Assembly (NCBI GenBank): GCA_033763455.1
Contig: JANRKO010000006.1
Coordinates: 256,001-320,000 of the forward strand
DNA length: 64,000 nucleotides
From: Polyangiaceae bacterium
Lineage (GTDB): Bacteria > Myxococcota_A > Polyangia > Polyangiales > Polyangiaceae
Reading direction: 5' to 3'
The position numbers were made by a program, and so were the translations under genes. The notes beneath the pieces are model-generated. The model worked only from the letters and a program-made list of their open reading frames with translations, was not told where the DNA came from and did not search any database. Every line of letters begins with the position of its first letter. Position 1 is the first letter of the stretch. Positions 9,727 through 19,259 of the stretch are shown piece by piece.

Positions 9727-10856
9727 GCAAGAGGCTCTGGATGGGCTCCTTGGCATCTGAGGGCTTTCAAGAAGCAACGCTCGTGCTGGGCGGCCCGGGG
9801 GAGCTTGCGTTTAGCCTCACCGAACATCTCTTGAGCTTCCGGCCTCGGATGGATGTTTACTTGTTGGTGCCTTCGGGGGGAGGCGCCTCGGGGGAAGAGG
9901 CTCAGGGGGTTTTGGCTCGACACAAGGGTCGCGTGCACGTGATCGAGTGCGAGCTGGAGGCCCTTGATTTTGGTCTCAGCGGCGCAAAATACGTAGACCT
10001 CCTCGGGAAGATCCGTTGGGTTCACCACACCGCTGGGCTCTCGGAGTGGTCCCACGGGCAGAGCTCGGTGCGTGCCGGAGAGCAGCGCGAGAGGTTGGTG
10101 GGGAGCATGCGAGAGGTTCTTGCATTCTGTCGCGCAGCGGCCGGCCTCGAAAAGCTTGTCGTGTATTCTTCCCTCGCGGTCAGTGGGCAGCACGCTGGAG
10201 AGTTTAGGGAGGATGACCTCCACGTTGGTCAGAAGTTCTCATCGGAGTGCGAGGAGGGGCTTGCTGTGGCCGAACAAATGGCAAGAGCGGAGAGCTCTTC
10301 GCTCCCGATCACCACGCTGAGAGCGGCAGCTATCGTGAGCGACATTCACTTGGATCCCCCTTTAGCGTGGGGTCCTGTGTTGGACGGATGGTTCGATCTG
10401 CTTGCATCGCGGTCGGCGCTTCACGTGCCTCCGCACGTACGTGGAGATGAGCTTCTCTACCTAACGCCGCTTGAGTACGTGGTGCGTGCCGGGGTCTTTC
10501 TTTCTGGAGCTAGGGCCGCGGCGGGCCAGACGGTGCACCTGGTAGAAGAGTCTGCTCCTACGGTTCGGGATGTTCTTGGGAAGGTCGCTGAGGTCATCGG
10601 TCGCGTTCCTCCTGTTTTTGGGGCAACCCCAGGTAACTGGCTGTCCACACCGCGTTTCGGTCGCGCTGGTCGCCGAGAGCGCGCATTTTGGTCCCAGCTC
10701 CGTTTGGGCTTGCGTTACGGCACAACAAATGCCGCTCGCTTCTTAAGTGCAGCGGGCCTTGCGTGTCCTTCCATTAGTTCCTGGCTGGTTCCCAGCGTGG
10801 AGCGGCTACGGCTAGGGGATGAGCTCCCGGCTGGCCCCGGGCGAACCAACGCATGA
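9723..10856 (+). CDS. Extended SDR / thioester-reductase-like protein, probably with a degenerate active site
   Basis: Rossmann-like layout (LVLGGPGEL, VHHTAG, LVVYSSLAVSG...G.F.EDDL..GQ.F, LPITTLR, PLEYVVRA). Coupled to ssb by a TTGA overlap. Confidence 0.7.
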   Translation: MSKRLWMGSLASEGFQEATLVLGGPGELAFSLTEHLLSFRPRMDVYLLVPSGGGASGEEAQGVLARHKGRVHVIECELEALDFGLSGAKYVDLLGKIRWVHHTAGLSEWSHGQSSVRAGEQRERLVGSMREVLAFCRAAAGLEKLVVYSSLAVSGQHAGEFREDDLHVGQKFSSECEEGLAVAEQMARAESSSLPITTLRAAAIVSDIHLDPPLAWGPVLDGWFDLLASRSALHVPPHVRGDELLYLTPLEYVVRAGVFLSGARAAAGQTVHLVEESAPTVRDVLGKVAEVIGRVPPVFGATPGNWLSTPRFGRAGRRERAFWSQLRLGLRYGTTNAARFLSAAGLACPSISSWLVPSVERLRLGDELPAGPGRTNA

Positions 10857-12214
10857 GCAAGGTGAGGCGGCAGTTGGGTCCACTGACAAGAGAGGCGCTA
10901 GGCTGTCGCCGCACCAGAGCGATTGGTGCCTGTGTTCTCGTCATGTTAGCGGCGGGATCAACAGTCGCTTGCGCCTCAGGTCAACGCCGGGAAATCGGAC
11001 CCGGGGCGGTCGAGAATTCAAGAAACTTGCACGCACCATCCGCTGCGCCATCTCTGCCAGCAGCCAAAGAGATTGCTCAGCGCGCCGCCATAGCGGGTCT
11101 TGAACCCACCGCCCCGACTTCAAAAGGGGTGGCGTTACCGCGGTTCTACTCGCTTCTTCGGGCGCTTGAGAATGAGGTGCAGGCTCGTCCTGTGCACATC
11201 GCCTGGCTGGGTGATTCGCACACCGCCGCGGATTTCTGGACGGGTGAAGTCCGTGCCCAACTTCAGGCCCGTTTCGGCGTTGGGGGCCCGGGGTTTTTCC
11301 ATGTAGCGCTTAAGAGCTACCGCCACGCAAGTCTCAGCTTCGAACAGAACGGAGCCTGGGGAAGAGAGCCGGGGCCGCCCTCGCTCAGAACTCGCACGGG
11401 GGATGGCGTATTTGGCCTTGGGGGGATCCGTACCTTCCCTCGCTCTTCGAGTGCAACTTTCAAAGCGCAGCCCGAGCCCAACGCGACCTTGGGTGAGGCG
11501 ATGTGGAAGGTGCGCGTTCGACTCGGGAATGCTGACAGGGTTCGGCTGAGCTCGGGTGAGCACAGCTTCACGCTTACCGGAGATGAGGTTCCAAAGATCG
11601 AGGAACAAGTGTTGCCCGCACCTCGGGGAGAAGCTCTTCACGTTCGTGTCTTGGCTGGGGCCCCCCAATTTCTCGGTGGCTCGCTTGAGTCTAGTCAAGG
11701 TGGGGTCGTGTTGCATACCTTGGGGGTGGACGGCGCTCGGGTGGAAACGGCGTTAGCCTGGAATGAAGAAGCCTGGAAGCTCGAGCTAGCCCAAAGAGAG
11801 GTAGGCCTTGTGGTGCTTGCATTCGGCACGAACGAAGCCTTCGATCAGCGAGCGCCGGCGGCCTACGCGGAGCACTATGCGCGGGTAATGGCTCGTGTCC
11901 GTGCTGCGGTGCCTTCGGCCGATTGCTTAATCATAGGCTTGCCCGATGCACTGGACGCGAACGGCCAGCCGCACCCCCGTGTGCCGGAAATCGGAAAAGT
12001 TCAAGAAGAGACGGCGGCGCATTTGGGTTGTGCATTCTTCAGTGCTGCTTCGGCCATGGCGAATGAGGGTGGCTTTGCCGGGTGGCTTCTAGCCACTCCA
12101 CGGCTGGCTAAGGCGGACGGGATCCATCTTACCATCTCAGGCTATCAGCTTTTAGGCGCTCGAACGGTCGCGGCAATTGTCAGCGGGTACGAGGAGTTTC
12201 TTGAGGGCCGCTAG
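10853..12214 (+). CDS. SGNH/GDSL hydrolase-family exported protein (Ape1/PatB-like)
   Basis: GDSHTAADF, LGVDGAR, FGTNE and DGIH blocks. Hydrophobic N-terminal segment with possible lipobox VAC. Start uncertain. Confidence 0.85.
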   Translation: MSKVRRQLGPLTREALGCRRTRAIGACVLVMLAAGSTVACASGQRREIGPGAVENSRNLHAPSAAPSLPAAKEIAQRAAIAGLEPTAPTSKGVALPRFYSLLRALENEVQARPVHIAWLGDSHTAADFWTGEVRAQLQARFGVGGPGFFHVALKSYRHASLSFEQNGAWGREPGPPSLRTRTGDGVFGLGGIRTFPRSSSATFKAQPEPNATLGEAMWKVRVRLGNADRVRLSSGEHSFTLTGDEVPKIEEQVLPAPRGEALHVRVLAGAPQFLGGSLESSQGGVVLHTLGVDGARVETALAWNEEAWKLELAQREVGLVVLAFGTNEAFDQRAPAAYAEHYARVMARVRAAVPSADCLIIGLPDALDANGQPHPRVPEIGKVQEETAAHLGCAFFSAASAMANEGGFAGWLLATPRLAKADGIHLTISGYQLLGARTVAAIVSGYEEFLEGR

Positions 12215-12232
12215 CCGCTCGGCACTCCGCAC

Positions 12233-13756
12233 CTAGCGCGGCTGCGCCGCGGCGGCGTGGAACTTGTCATAACCGTCGACCATGCCGGCGAAAATCCAAT
12301 CGCCAAGAACCTGGGCCCCAAAGCTTGTGGGGTGCGTCAGATCACCGGCGCCCCAGCCACGGTTCACCCACGTGCGCATGGATCCCGAGCCACCCATTGC
12401 CAGAAAAGTATTAAAGAAGGCGCACCCAACCTCCTTTGCAACCTTGGCCTGCTGTTCCACAATGAGCGGGATAATTCGCATGCTTTCCGTCTTGTTTTCG
12501 ATGACGCGTGCGCGATCCATCGCGCCGATTATCAGGCAGCTCGCGGTGGGCACCGCCGCCTTGCCCTGCAGCAGCACTTCTTTCATGGTCCGATGGTAAT
12601 CCTCCATCGAATAAGCCCATCCATCGCCGCTCTCGTTCGCTCCAAACTGATAGACAATGAGGTTTGGTGAGCGCCAGCGTAGCGATTCGGCATAGTGGGC
12701 ATCGTCTTGTTTGTCGAGAAAGCGGATGCGTGCTCCCAATATGCCAAGGGCATCCCACACAACTCCTGGTTCCTCGCGCTCCATCACCACGCCAAATGCT
12801 CTTACAGAGCCGGGGCCAGACGAAACGAGCTCCAGCATGTGTTCTCCGTCGGTGGTCCTGACCTCGTAATGGGCGGTCTTTTTCTCTGGGGAAGCGGTTG
12901 GGATCTCACCGTAAGGAGCGCCGTCGAGGTTCACCTTGAAGCTGCCTCCAAAGGGCTCTTGGACGTAGGCGACGTCGAAGCGCGAGACTTTGCGGCCAAA
13001 ATTGCCGGTCGTTGCGGTTCCAAATCGGGCTCTCACTCCGGGCGGCGCGCGAAAGGAGACGCCGCCGAGGCCATACCAACCGTCCGAGACCGTTGGCCCA
13101 ACGATGCGGCTCACGCGCCAGCCCTCCGACGCGAAACGCGTTACATCGTTGTGAAAGTAGGCCGGCCACGCATTGGCAATCAGTGAAAAGCCATGCCCTG
13201 CATCACCGAAACGTTTCTGGAAGTTGCGCCGCAAGGTGGCGGAAACAAAATCGCTCGCCACCACCGAGTCCCCAAAGTGTGCGATGCGCGTAATGGCACG
13301 GGGTTCGCGTCGTTCCGTGCGCGCTAAAGCTTCGTAAAAGGAATGCAGTGATTCCAGGTGTTCGACGCCGCGCGGCGGCTTTCCAACGTCGGGGAGCCCG
13401 TCGTCACCGCCTTCGGCCTGGTGCTCTGTGGCTAACGGGCCGCGAGGGGCAGTGGGTGCCTCTACTTTCTCCGGTTGTGCGAGAGCCGCCGCGCTTTTGC
13501 TTTCCTCACGTAGTTCTGCTTCTCCACTCAAGACCTGGGTGGGCGAGGGCGTGGCTTGGTCAACTCGATCTGGCGCGGCGTTGGGGCTGGCGAGGAGCTT
13601 GGCCCAGGTCGGTCCGAAAAACTCTAGCGTGGCGCCGATCCCAAGAAAGAAAAGGGCGGTGAGTACGGGCCGGGAACGAAAGACATCCGCGCTCCGAGCG
13701 ACGTCGTGCCCGTGGATCTGAACTTGCTCCTCCCCAACGCTCGCGGGGGCTTTCAC
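12233..13756 (-). CDS. SGNH/GDSL hydrolase-family membrane-anchored protein (PatB/Ape1-like)
   Basis: GDSVVASDF, LGILGAR, FGANE and DLTHP blocks. N-terminal TM segment. Confidence 0.85.
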   Translation of the reverse strand: MKAPASVGEEQVQIHGHDVARSADVFRSRPVLTALFFLGIGATLEFFGPTWAKLLASPNAAPDRVDQATPSPTQVLSGEAELREESKSAAALAQPEKVEAPTAPRGPLATEHQAEGGDDGLPDVGKPPRGVEHLESLHSFYEALARTERREPRAITRIAHFGDSVVASDFVSATLRRNFQKRFGDAGHGFSLIANAWPAYFHNDVTRFASEGWRVSRIVGPTVSDGWYGLGGVSFRAPPGVRARFGTATTGNFGRKVSRFDVAYVQEPFGGSFKVNLDGAPYGEIPTASPEKKTAHYEVRTTDGEHMLELVSSGPGSVRAFGVVMEREEPGVVWDALGILGARIRFLDKQDDAHYAESLRWRSPNLIVYQFGANESGDGWAYSMEDYHRTMKEVLLQGKAAVPTASCLIIGAMDRARVIENKTESMRIIPLIVEQQAKVAKEVGCAFFNTFLAMGGSGSMRTWVNRGWGAGDLTHPTSFGAQVLGDWIFAGMVDGYDKFHAAAAQPR

Positions 13757-15033
13757 TCGTAGGGATTCTCTCGAACGATTCCCCCGTGAGGTAGCTTGCT
13801 GGGGGAGGTAGGCGGCGGTGGTTTGGCAGCCCCACTACGATTTGCCCCAACTTTGGGGGCGGTTGGAAGATCGCTGATGTCGACTGCATCCCCCGTCAAT
13901 TTCTTGATTTCTTGCTCGGCTCGCTTACGGCTAAACGTATCCACGGTCGGTGAGAGTACAACCTGTTTGAGCAACTCTCGCTTAACCGTTGGATCGGTTT
14001 CGGCGTCTGCCTGTGCAAGCAACGCTTTGGCCCATTCAGACTCAATCTTCCTGAATGCGGGCGATTGCCTGGCGTTGCTGCTCTCGGGTAGTTCAGCCAC
14101 TTTTTGGTGCGCGTCTTCAATAGCGCCTTTAGCCAAAAGCTCGCCCGCCTCCTCAAGTACGCGAGCCGCTTCGTCTTGTTTGCTGGACGCTATGCCGGTG
14201 AAGGTTGCATTCTGTTCGGAGCCCTTCGACGCAACCCACCCCACGCCGACGAGCACGGTGACTAAGAGAAGGGCGCCTACGACCTTGAGTGCTGGGGAGA
14301 TTGGCTTTGCCGGAGGCGCTGACGCGACCGGCCCCACAGGCGCTGGCTCGGCGTACAGCAGGCTGAGGCTACGGTCGAGCAGCGGGTTATACGCCTGCCC
14401 TGCAGGGATAAACTTGAGCACAACGTCACCGAGCTCAATCGTGTCACGGGCATCTAGGATGCTTCGCTTCAGATCGACCCCATTGATGCGAACACCATTC
14501 GCGCTTTCCTTGTCGATGAACTCGTAGCGCCCATCGCCGAGCGAGCTGATCTCGGCGTGAACACGGCTCACAGACGCGTGATTCAGCGAGATGTCGCATT
14601 CGTCTCCTCTGCCCAGCACCAGCCGCTCCCCTGTCAGCGCGAACTCGGTACCGACCTCGAGCCCCGCAACGATGACGAGGCGATCTTGGTCAACCTGAGA
14701 CTCCTGCGCGACACTCTGTGGGGATGTGTCTTTGGCATCTGCGGTTTCGTCGCCGAGCTCCATCCGGTAGTCCCCGAGTTGCACCACATCGCCATGCGCG
14801 AGGGCTTTCTTCTCGTGAACGCGCACGCCATTAACGTGGACGCCGTTGTAGCTTTTGCGGTCGATAACCACCCATCCAGAACCCTCGCGCACCAACTCAA
14901 TGTGCTTACGCGAGATGTTCCGTTCCGTAAGACGTACGGTGCTCGCCTCCGCGCGGCCGATGGTGTAGTCGTCGCGAACCAGGTGAACGACCGTCTTGTT
15001 CCCTTGATCGTCCTCGATGGATAGCTTCCACAT
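13753..15033 (-). CDS. Double-FHA-domain single-pass membrane protein
   Basis: Two FHA signatures (IGR...ISRKH...SYNGVHVNG and LGR...VSRVH...SANGVRING), then TM VVGALLLVTVLVGVGWVA and a helical C-terminal region. Confidence 0.9.
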   Translation of the reverse strand: MWKLSIEDDQGNKTVVHLVRDDYTIGRAEASTVRLTERNISRKHIELVREGSGWVVIDRKSYNGVHVNGVRVHEKKALAHGDVVQLGDYRMELGDETADAKDTSPQSVAQESQVDQDRLVIVAGLEVGTEFALTGERLVLGRGDECDISLNHASVSRVHAEISSLGDGRYEFIDKESANGVRINGVDLKRSILDARDTIELGDVVLKFIPAGQAYNPLLDRSLSLLYAEPAPVGPVASAPPAKPISPALKVVGALLLVTVLVGVGWVASKGSEQNATFTGIASSKQDEAARVLEEAGELLAKGAIEDAHQKVAELPESSNARQSPAFRKIESEWAKALLAQADAETDPTVKRELLKQVVLSPTVDTFSRKRAEQEIKKLTGDAVDISDLPTAPKVGANRSGAAKPPPPTSPSKLPHGGIVRENPYE

Positions 15034-15190
15034 TGCAACTACTCAGTTCAGCCTCGGGGACTTACGGCACACGATCCTTGATAAATTTGTCACGGGAGGG
15101 CTGCCCTTACCAGTGGGCTTCTTGGCTTCCCTCCGCTTTCGGCGAGGGGCCAGAGGGATTGGGCCCTTAGGCCGTCACCAGTGGGCTTCA

Positions 15191-16330
15191 TTAACCGTGC
15201 GTTTGCGGGAAAATGAGGGGGGAGCGGTGGAGAAGGCCCTCTCGAAAGAGTTGATCATGGACGTTCAGGCGCACTTCACGCATCGGGTTCGGCTCCCTTC
15301 GCGGATTCACTCGATTCGTGAGTAGGGACACGACGATGTTGGCGTCCGGGTCACACCAAAGGCTCGTCCCAGTGAAACCCAGATGGCCGAACGTGCGCGG
15401 GCCAAATGCGTCCCCGGTTGAGGAGGCCCCTTGCACGGCTTTGGTATCAAAACCGATCGCCTGGGTCGTGCCTGGTTTGGCTCTCGCCATTTTCCGCACG
15501 AAGACACTTGCGGGCCAGTTCGGATCGGGTGCGTTGTATGCGTCGCACAAGCGGCAACCGAAGGTAAGCAGAGCGTTCACATTTCCGAAGAGCCCTGCGT
15601 GACCAGCAAACCCATGTCCAGCGATCGCCCACGCGTTTTCGTCGTGAGTGGAAGCTACAAGTTCTCCGCCTCGCCAGGATACTTGTTCGGTCGGAGCAAA
15701 GGCGCGAGGCGTGAGGCCTTGCCGAAGCCAGAGCCGAGAAGAGCGGATTTCCAAGCCTAACGGGGTGGTGACGAAGCGCTCCAACAACTCGTCGAGCCTT
15801 TCGTTCTCAAGCCGCTCCAAGGCTTTGCCCAACAACAAGTATCCGAGATCGCTGTAAACGGCGGGCGGGGTGCCCATGGGTGCATCAGAAGTGGGAAGCA
15901 TAGCTGCGGCTGCTCGCCTCATCATGCTTCGGCAGTTGATTGGTTGTTGAGCCTGATGGTCCCGGAACAAGTCGACATGAGCCCGTAGGCCTCCACGGTG
16001 GCTGAGTAGTGCCTCAACGCTGGCCTCCCCTGCAGCAAAGCCCTCCATTTCGATTAGGAGAGATGACAGCTTCGTGTCCCAATCCAAGCGTCCTTTTGCC
16101 ACGCGCTCGGCGCACAACATAGCTAGGAAGGGCTTCGAAACCGACGCGAGATCGTAAATCGTTCCGGGCTCCACGGGCGTCCTATCTCGGATACTGAACC
16201 GCCCGGCCGCCCCTGAGTAGTGCTGCCAACCCTCTGCGGTCCGGACCGCTACCCCCAGCGTGGCCCCCGGCGCGGCTCCTGTTCCGACCACATTTTTCGC
16301 CGCGATTGTGTCCAGCGAGCCCTCACGCAT
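15191..16330 (-). CDS. Serine hydrolase, beta-lactamase class C-like family
   Basis: DLASVSK (SxxK), LLSH.GGL, YSD.GY, HDENA, GHAGLF and GHLGFTGTS.W.DP. Confidence 0.92.
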   Translation of the reverse strand: MREGSLDTIAAKNVVGTGAAPGATLGVAVRTAEGWQHYSGAAGRFSIRDRTPVEPGTIYDLASVSKPFLAMLCAERVAKGRLDWDTKLSSLLIEMEGFAAGEASVEALLSHRGGLRAHVDLFRDHQAQQPINCRSMMRRAAAAMLPTSDAPMGTPPAVYSDLGYLLLGKALERLENERLDELLERFVTTPLGLEIRSSRLWLRQGLTPRAFAPTEQVSWRGGELVASTHDENAWAIAGHGFAGHAGLFGNVNALLTFGCRLCDAYNAPDPNWPASVFVRKMARAKPGTTQAIGFDTKAVQGASSTGDAFGPRTFGHLGFTGTSLWCDPDANIVVSLLTNRVNPRREPNPMREVRLNVHDQLFREGLLHRSPLIFPQTHG

Positions 16331-16451
16331 GTGGCCTCATTCCGGCGAAGGTATGGCCTTTGGGTTGCTTTAAGCGGGACTTATGTACACGGACACTCGC
16401 CGGGTTGAACGGCGGGAGCCTACAGGCAGCGCTCACCACGCTGTCGCGCTT

Positions 16452-16481
16452 TTGACCAGGAGCACGGCCGACCGGTATGCT
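16452..16481 (+). promoter_or_regulatory. Putative sigma70-type promoter of pilC
   Basis: TTGACC-N18-TATGCT, ending 31 bp upstream of the pilC ATG. Confidence 0.6.
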
Positions 16482-16512
16482 GGTAGGGATTTGCTCGGAG
16501 AGTATCTGACGT

Positions 16513-17727
16513 ATGGCTGAGTTCACATGGGAAGCTCGCGGGCGCACGGGGGAGTTGCGCAAGGGAGTGATGGAGGCGGACACCGCAGAGGCTGTGAACG
16601 CGCGCCTCCGGCAGCAACAGCTGAACCCAGTCAAGGTTAAGAAACGGCTAAACCTAGCCAAGATCCAGTTTGGATCTGGGGTGAGCACCAAAGATCTTGT
16701 CACATTCACGCGCCTGTTCGCGACCATGATCGATGCCGGCCTGCCGCTTGTCCAGTGTCTAGACATTCTTGCCAATCAACAGCCAAACAAGACCTTTGCC
16801 GCCGTCCTTGTGGACGTCAAAAACTCCGTGGAACAAGGCGCTTCGTTCTCGGATGCTTTGCGCCGACATCCCAAGGTGTTTGACGAGCTGTTTGTCAACC
16901 TCGTACAGGCTGGTGAAGTGGGCGGCATCCTCGACGCGATCATGAATCGGCTCTCGATCTACATTGAGAAGCGCCAGAAGCTTGTTCGCCAGGTGCGTGG
17001 TGCGATGACGTATCCGACCATCGTCGTCGTAATCGCCGGGTTGGTGATGGCAGTGCTGCTCACCTTCGTGATCCCTGCCTTCGAGAACATGTTCAAGGAG
17101 TTTGGCGGTGGGAAGGACAATCTGCCCCAAATAACCCAAATCGTGATCGGGCTTTCTCGCGGTTTCATCGGCGGCTTGCCGTTCATCATCACCGGGCTCG
17201 TGTTGGCGTTTACTGGTGTGACCTACGTGTACCGTACCCCCGCTGGGAAACGGTTCTTTCATCGCAACTTCTTACGACTGCCGATCATGGGTCCGGTTCT
17301 CAAGAAGATCGCCGTAGCGCGTTTCACGCGAACCTTGGGAACGCTACTTCAATCGGGCGTCCCGATCCTGGAAGCGCTCGATATCTGCGCGCGAACGGCA
17401 GGAAATGTGATCATTGAGGAAGGCATCCAGAAGGTGAATAAGGCCATTAGCGAGGGTAAGAACATGGCCGAGCCCTTGATGGCGGCCAAAGTCTTTCCTG
17501 ATATGGTCGTGCAGATGATCGCCGTTGGCGAGCAAACGGGTGCGCTCGATCAGATGCTCGGCAAGGTTGCTGATTTTTACGAGGAAGAGACGGACGTGGC
17601 AGTTGCAGGCCTCACGAGTGCGCTTGAGCCCATCATGATGGTGGGCGTTGGTGGCATGGTGGGCGTGGTGCTCATGGCGATGTACATGCCGATCTTCTCC
17701 TTGGCAGGGAACATCAAGGCAGATTGA
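16513..17727 (+). CDS. pilC: Type IV pilus inner-membrane platform protein (GspF family)
   Basis: FTRLFATMIDAGLPLVQCL, AGEVGGILD, AMTYP, ARFTRTLGTLL.SGVPIL, GEQTGALD and MYMPIF. Confidence 0.96.
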   Translation: MAEFTWEARGRTGELRKGVMEADTAEAVNARLRQQQLNPVKVKKRLNLAKIQFGSGVSTKDLVTFTRLFATMIDAGLPLVQCLDILANQQPNKTFAAVLVDVKNSVEQGASFSDALRRHPKVFDELFVNLVQAGEVGGILDAIMNRLSIYIEKRQKLVRQVRGAMTYPTIVVVIAGLVMAVLLTFVIPAFENMFKEFGGGKDNLPQITQIVIGLSRGFIGGLPFIITGLVLAFTGVTYVYRTPAGKRFFHRNFLRLPIMGPVLKKIAVARFTRTLGTLLQSGVPILEALDICARTAGNVIIEEGIQKVNKAISEGKNMAEPLMAAKVFPDMVVQMIAVGEQTGALDQMLGKVADFYEEETDVAVAGLTSALEPIMMVGVGGMVGVVLMAMYMPIFSLAGNIKAD

Positions 17728-17753
17728 AGCGCGGCCGTGGCGCGAGATGACGC

Positions 17754-19115
17754 ATGCGCATTCCGCTCGGGCTCCCAGAAAACATTGCGAACGCTACGCT
17801 GCCAAGGCGTTTGGCATGGCTCACGGCGGCTCGCATGGTGTTCCTTTTAGGGGCCTTGGGCTTGGTGGGGCTGGTCTACCTCGGGCGGGACGCCTCGCTT
17901 GAATCCTTCTCGGTTCGCGTCGCCCTACTCGTGTTGGGAAGCTCGTTCTCGCTCGCTGGGCTCTACGCGGCGTTGCTACGGCGGGGAAGGAATATAGAAC
18001 GGCTTGCAAGTGCGCAGCTGATTTTTGATCAGTTAACCTGGACCATGTTGGTCTACATCTCGGGTGGTGCGTCGAGCGGTGCCGTATCCTTCTACGGTCT
18101 CACCTGCGTAACCGGTGCGGCGTTAACTGGGTTCCGAGGAGCGGCCGTTGCAACCGCCGCCGGTGGAATTGGGTATGCCACCTTATTGGGTGCTTTGCAG
18201 CTCAATTGGCTTGTCCCCCCGCCTGATCAGCCCGTTGATCTTTACCAGCTTTCTCGCTTCGAGCTTCTGTATCACGTCTTGCTCAATGTCCTGGCCTTGA
18301 TGGTGGTTACCATCTTGGCAGGGTACTTGGCCGAGCGCTTGCGCATTACCGGCGGGAAACTTGTGCAAGCGGAGGAGCGCGCCGAACAAGCGGAAAGAAT
18401 GGCTGCTCTAGGCAGGTTGGCAGCGGGGCTTGCGCACGAAATTCGAAATCCATTGGGGTCTATTGCGGGCTCAATATCGCTCCTAAAGACGGCAAACGCC
18501 CTTTCCGCCGAGGATCAGCAGTTGTGCATTATCATTGAACGTGAAGCTGCACGCCTGAATGATCTTGTCACTGATATGATGGAGCTTTCGAAGCCTAAAA
18601 AGCCCCAACGGGTGGATGTCGACCTGGTTGCTATCGCAAGGGATGTCGTTACCCTTACAGCCAACAGTGGTCGCGGGGTGTCGGATGTGCGTGTGCGTTA
18701 TGCTGGTGCCGAACACGCTGAGGTAAATGCGGACCCAGCGCAGCTCCGCCAGATGATCTGGAATCTGGTTCGCAATGCCGTCCAAGCTAGCAATGCTGGA
18801 GACGAAGTGATCGTCGAAGTGCGCTTGTTGCATGGCGCGGTAGAGCTAGTCGTAGAAGACCACGGTATGGGGATTGATGATGTCGCGAAGGAACGCATTT
18901 TCGACGCGTTCTTCACAACTCGCAGCAAAGGGACGGGGGTGGGGCTCGCGGTGGTAAAGCGCATTGTGGACGAACACGGTTTCGAGATCGCTGTAGAGAG
19001 CAAAGCGAATCGAGGCGCTGTTTTTCGGATTACCTTACCGGTCACGGGATCGCCCGTGCCCCTTTCGAACCGCTTCACGTTCCGTCCGAGCGCCCCCCAT
19101 CCATCTGGGCGTTGA
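17754..19115 (+). CDS. Membrane sensor histidine kinase, PilS-like
   Basis: About six TM segments, AHEIRNPL H-box, NLVRNA N-box, DHGMG and FFTT.SKGTGVGLA. Directly follows pilC. Confidence 0.88.
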   Translation: MRIPLGLPENIANATLPRRLAWLTAARMVFLLGALGLVGLVYLGRDASLESFSVRVALLVLGSSFSLAGLYAALLRRGRNIERLASAQLIFDQLTWTMLVYISGGASSGAVSFYGLTCVTGAALTGFRGAAVATAAGGIGYATLLGALQLNWLVPPPDQPVDLYQLSRFELLYHVLLNVLALMVVTILAGYLAERLRITGGKLVQAEERAEQAERMAALGRLAAGLAHEIRNPLGSIAGSISLLKTANALSAEDQQLCIIIEREAARLNDLVTDMMELSKPKKPQRVDVDLVAIARDVVTLTANSGRGVSDVRVRYAGAEHAEVNADPAQLRQMIWNLVRNAVQASNAGDEVIVEVRLLHGAVELVVEDHGMGIDDVAKERIFDAFFTTRSKGTGVGLAVVKRIVDEHGFEIAVESKANRGAVFRITLPVTGSPVPLSNRFTFRPSAPHPSGR

Positions 19116-19259
19116 TCCAGCCTCACTGGAGTGCTTTTTCGACCCCTGTTGCCCCGCCAACCCCCTTTGAGGCAGAAGATTTAGGTTGGAAAAGGAGGTT
19201 CCTCCTCGCCACCGCGTATAAGGTTTGGACTATAGGAGCCTGTTGTTAAGAGGTGAGTC

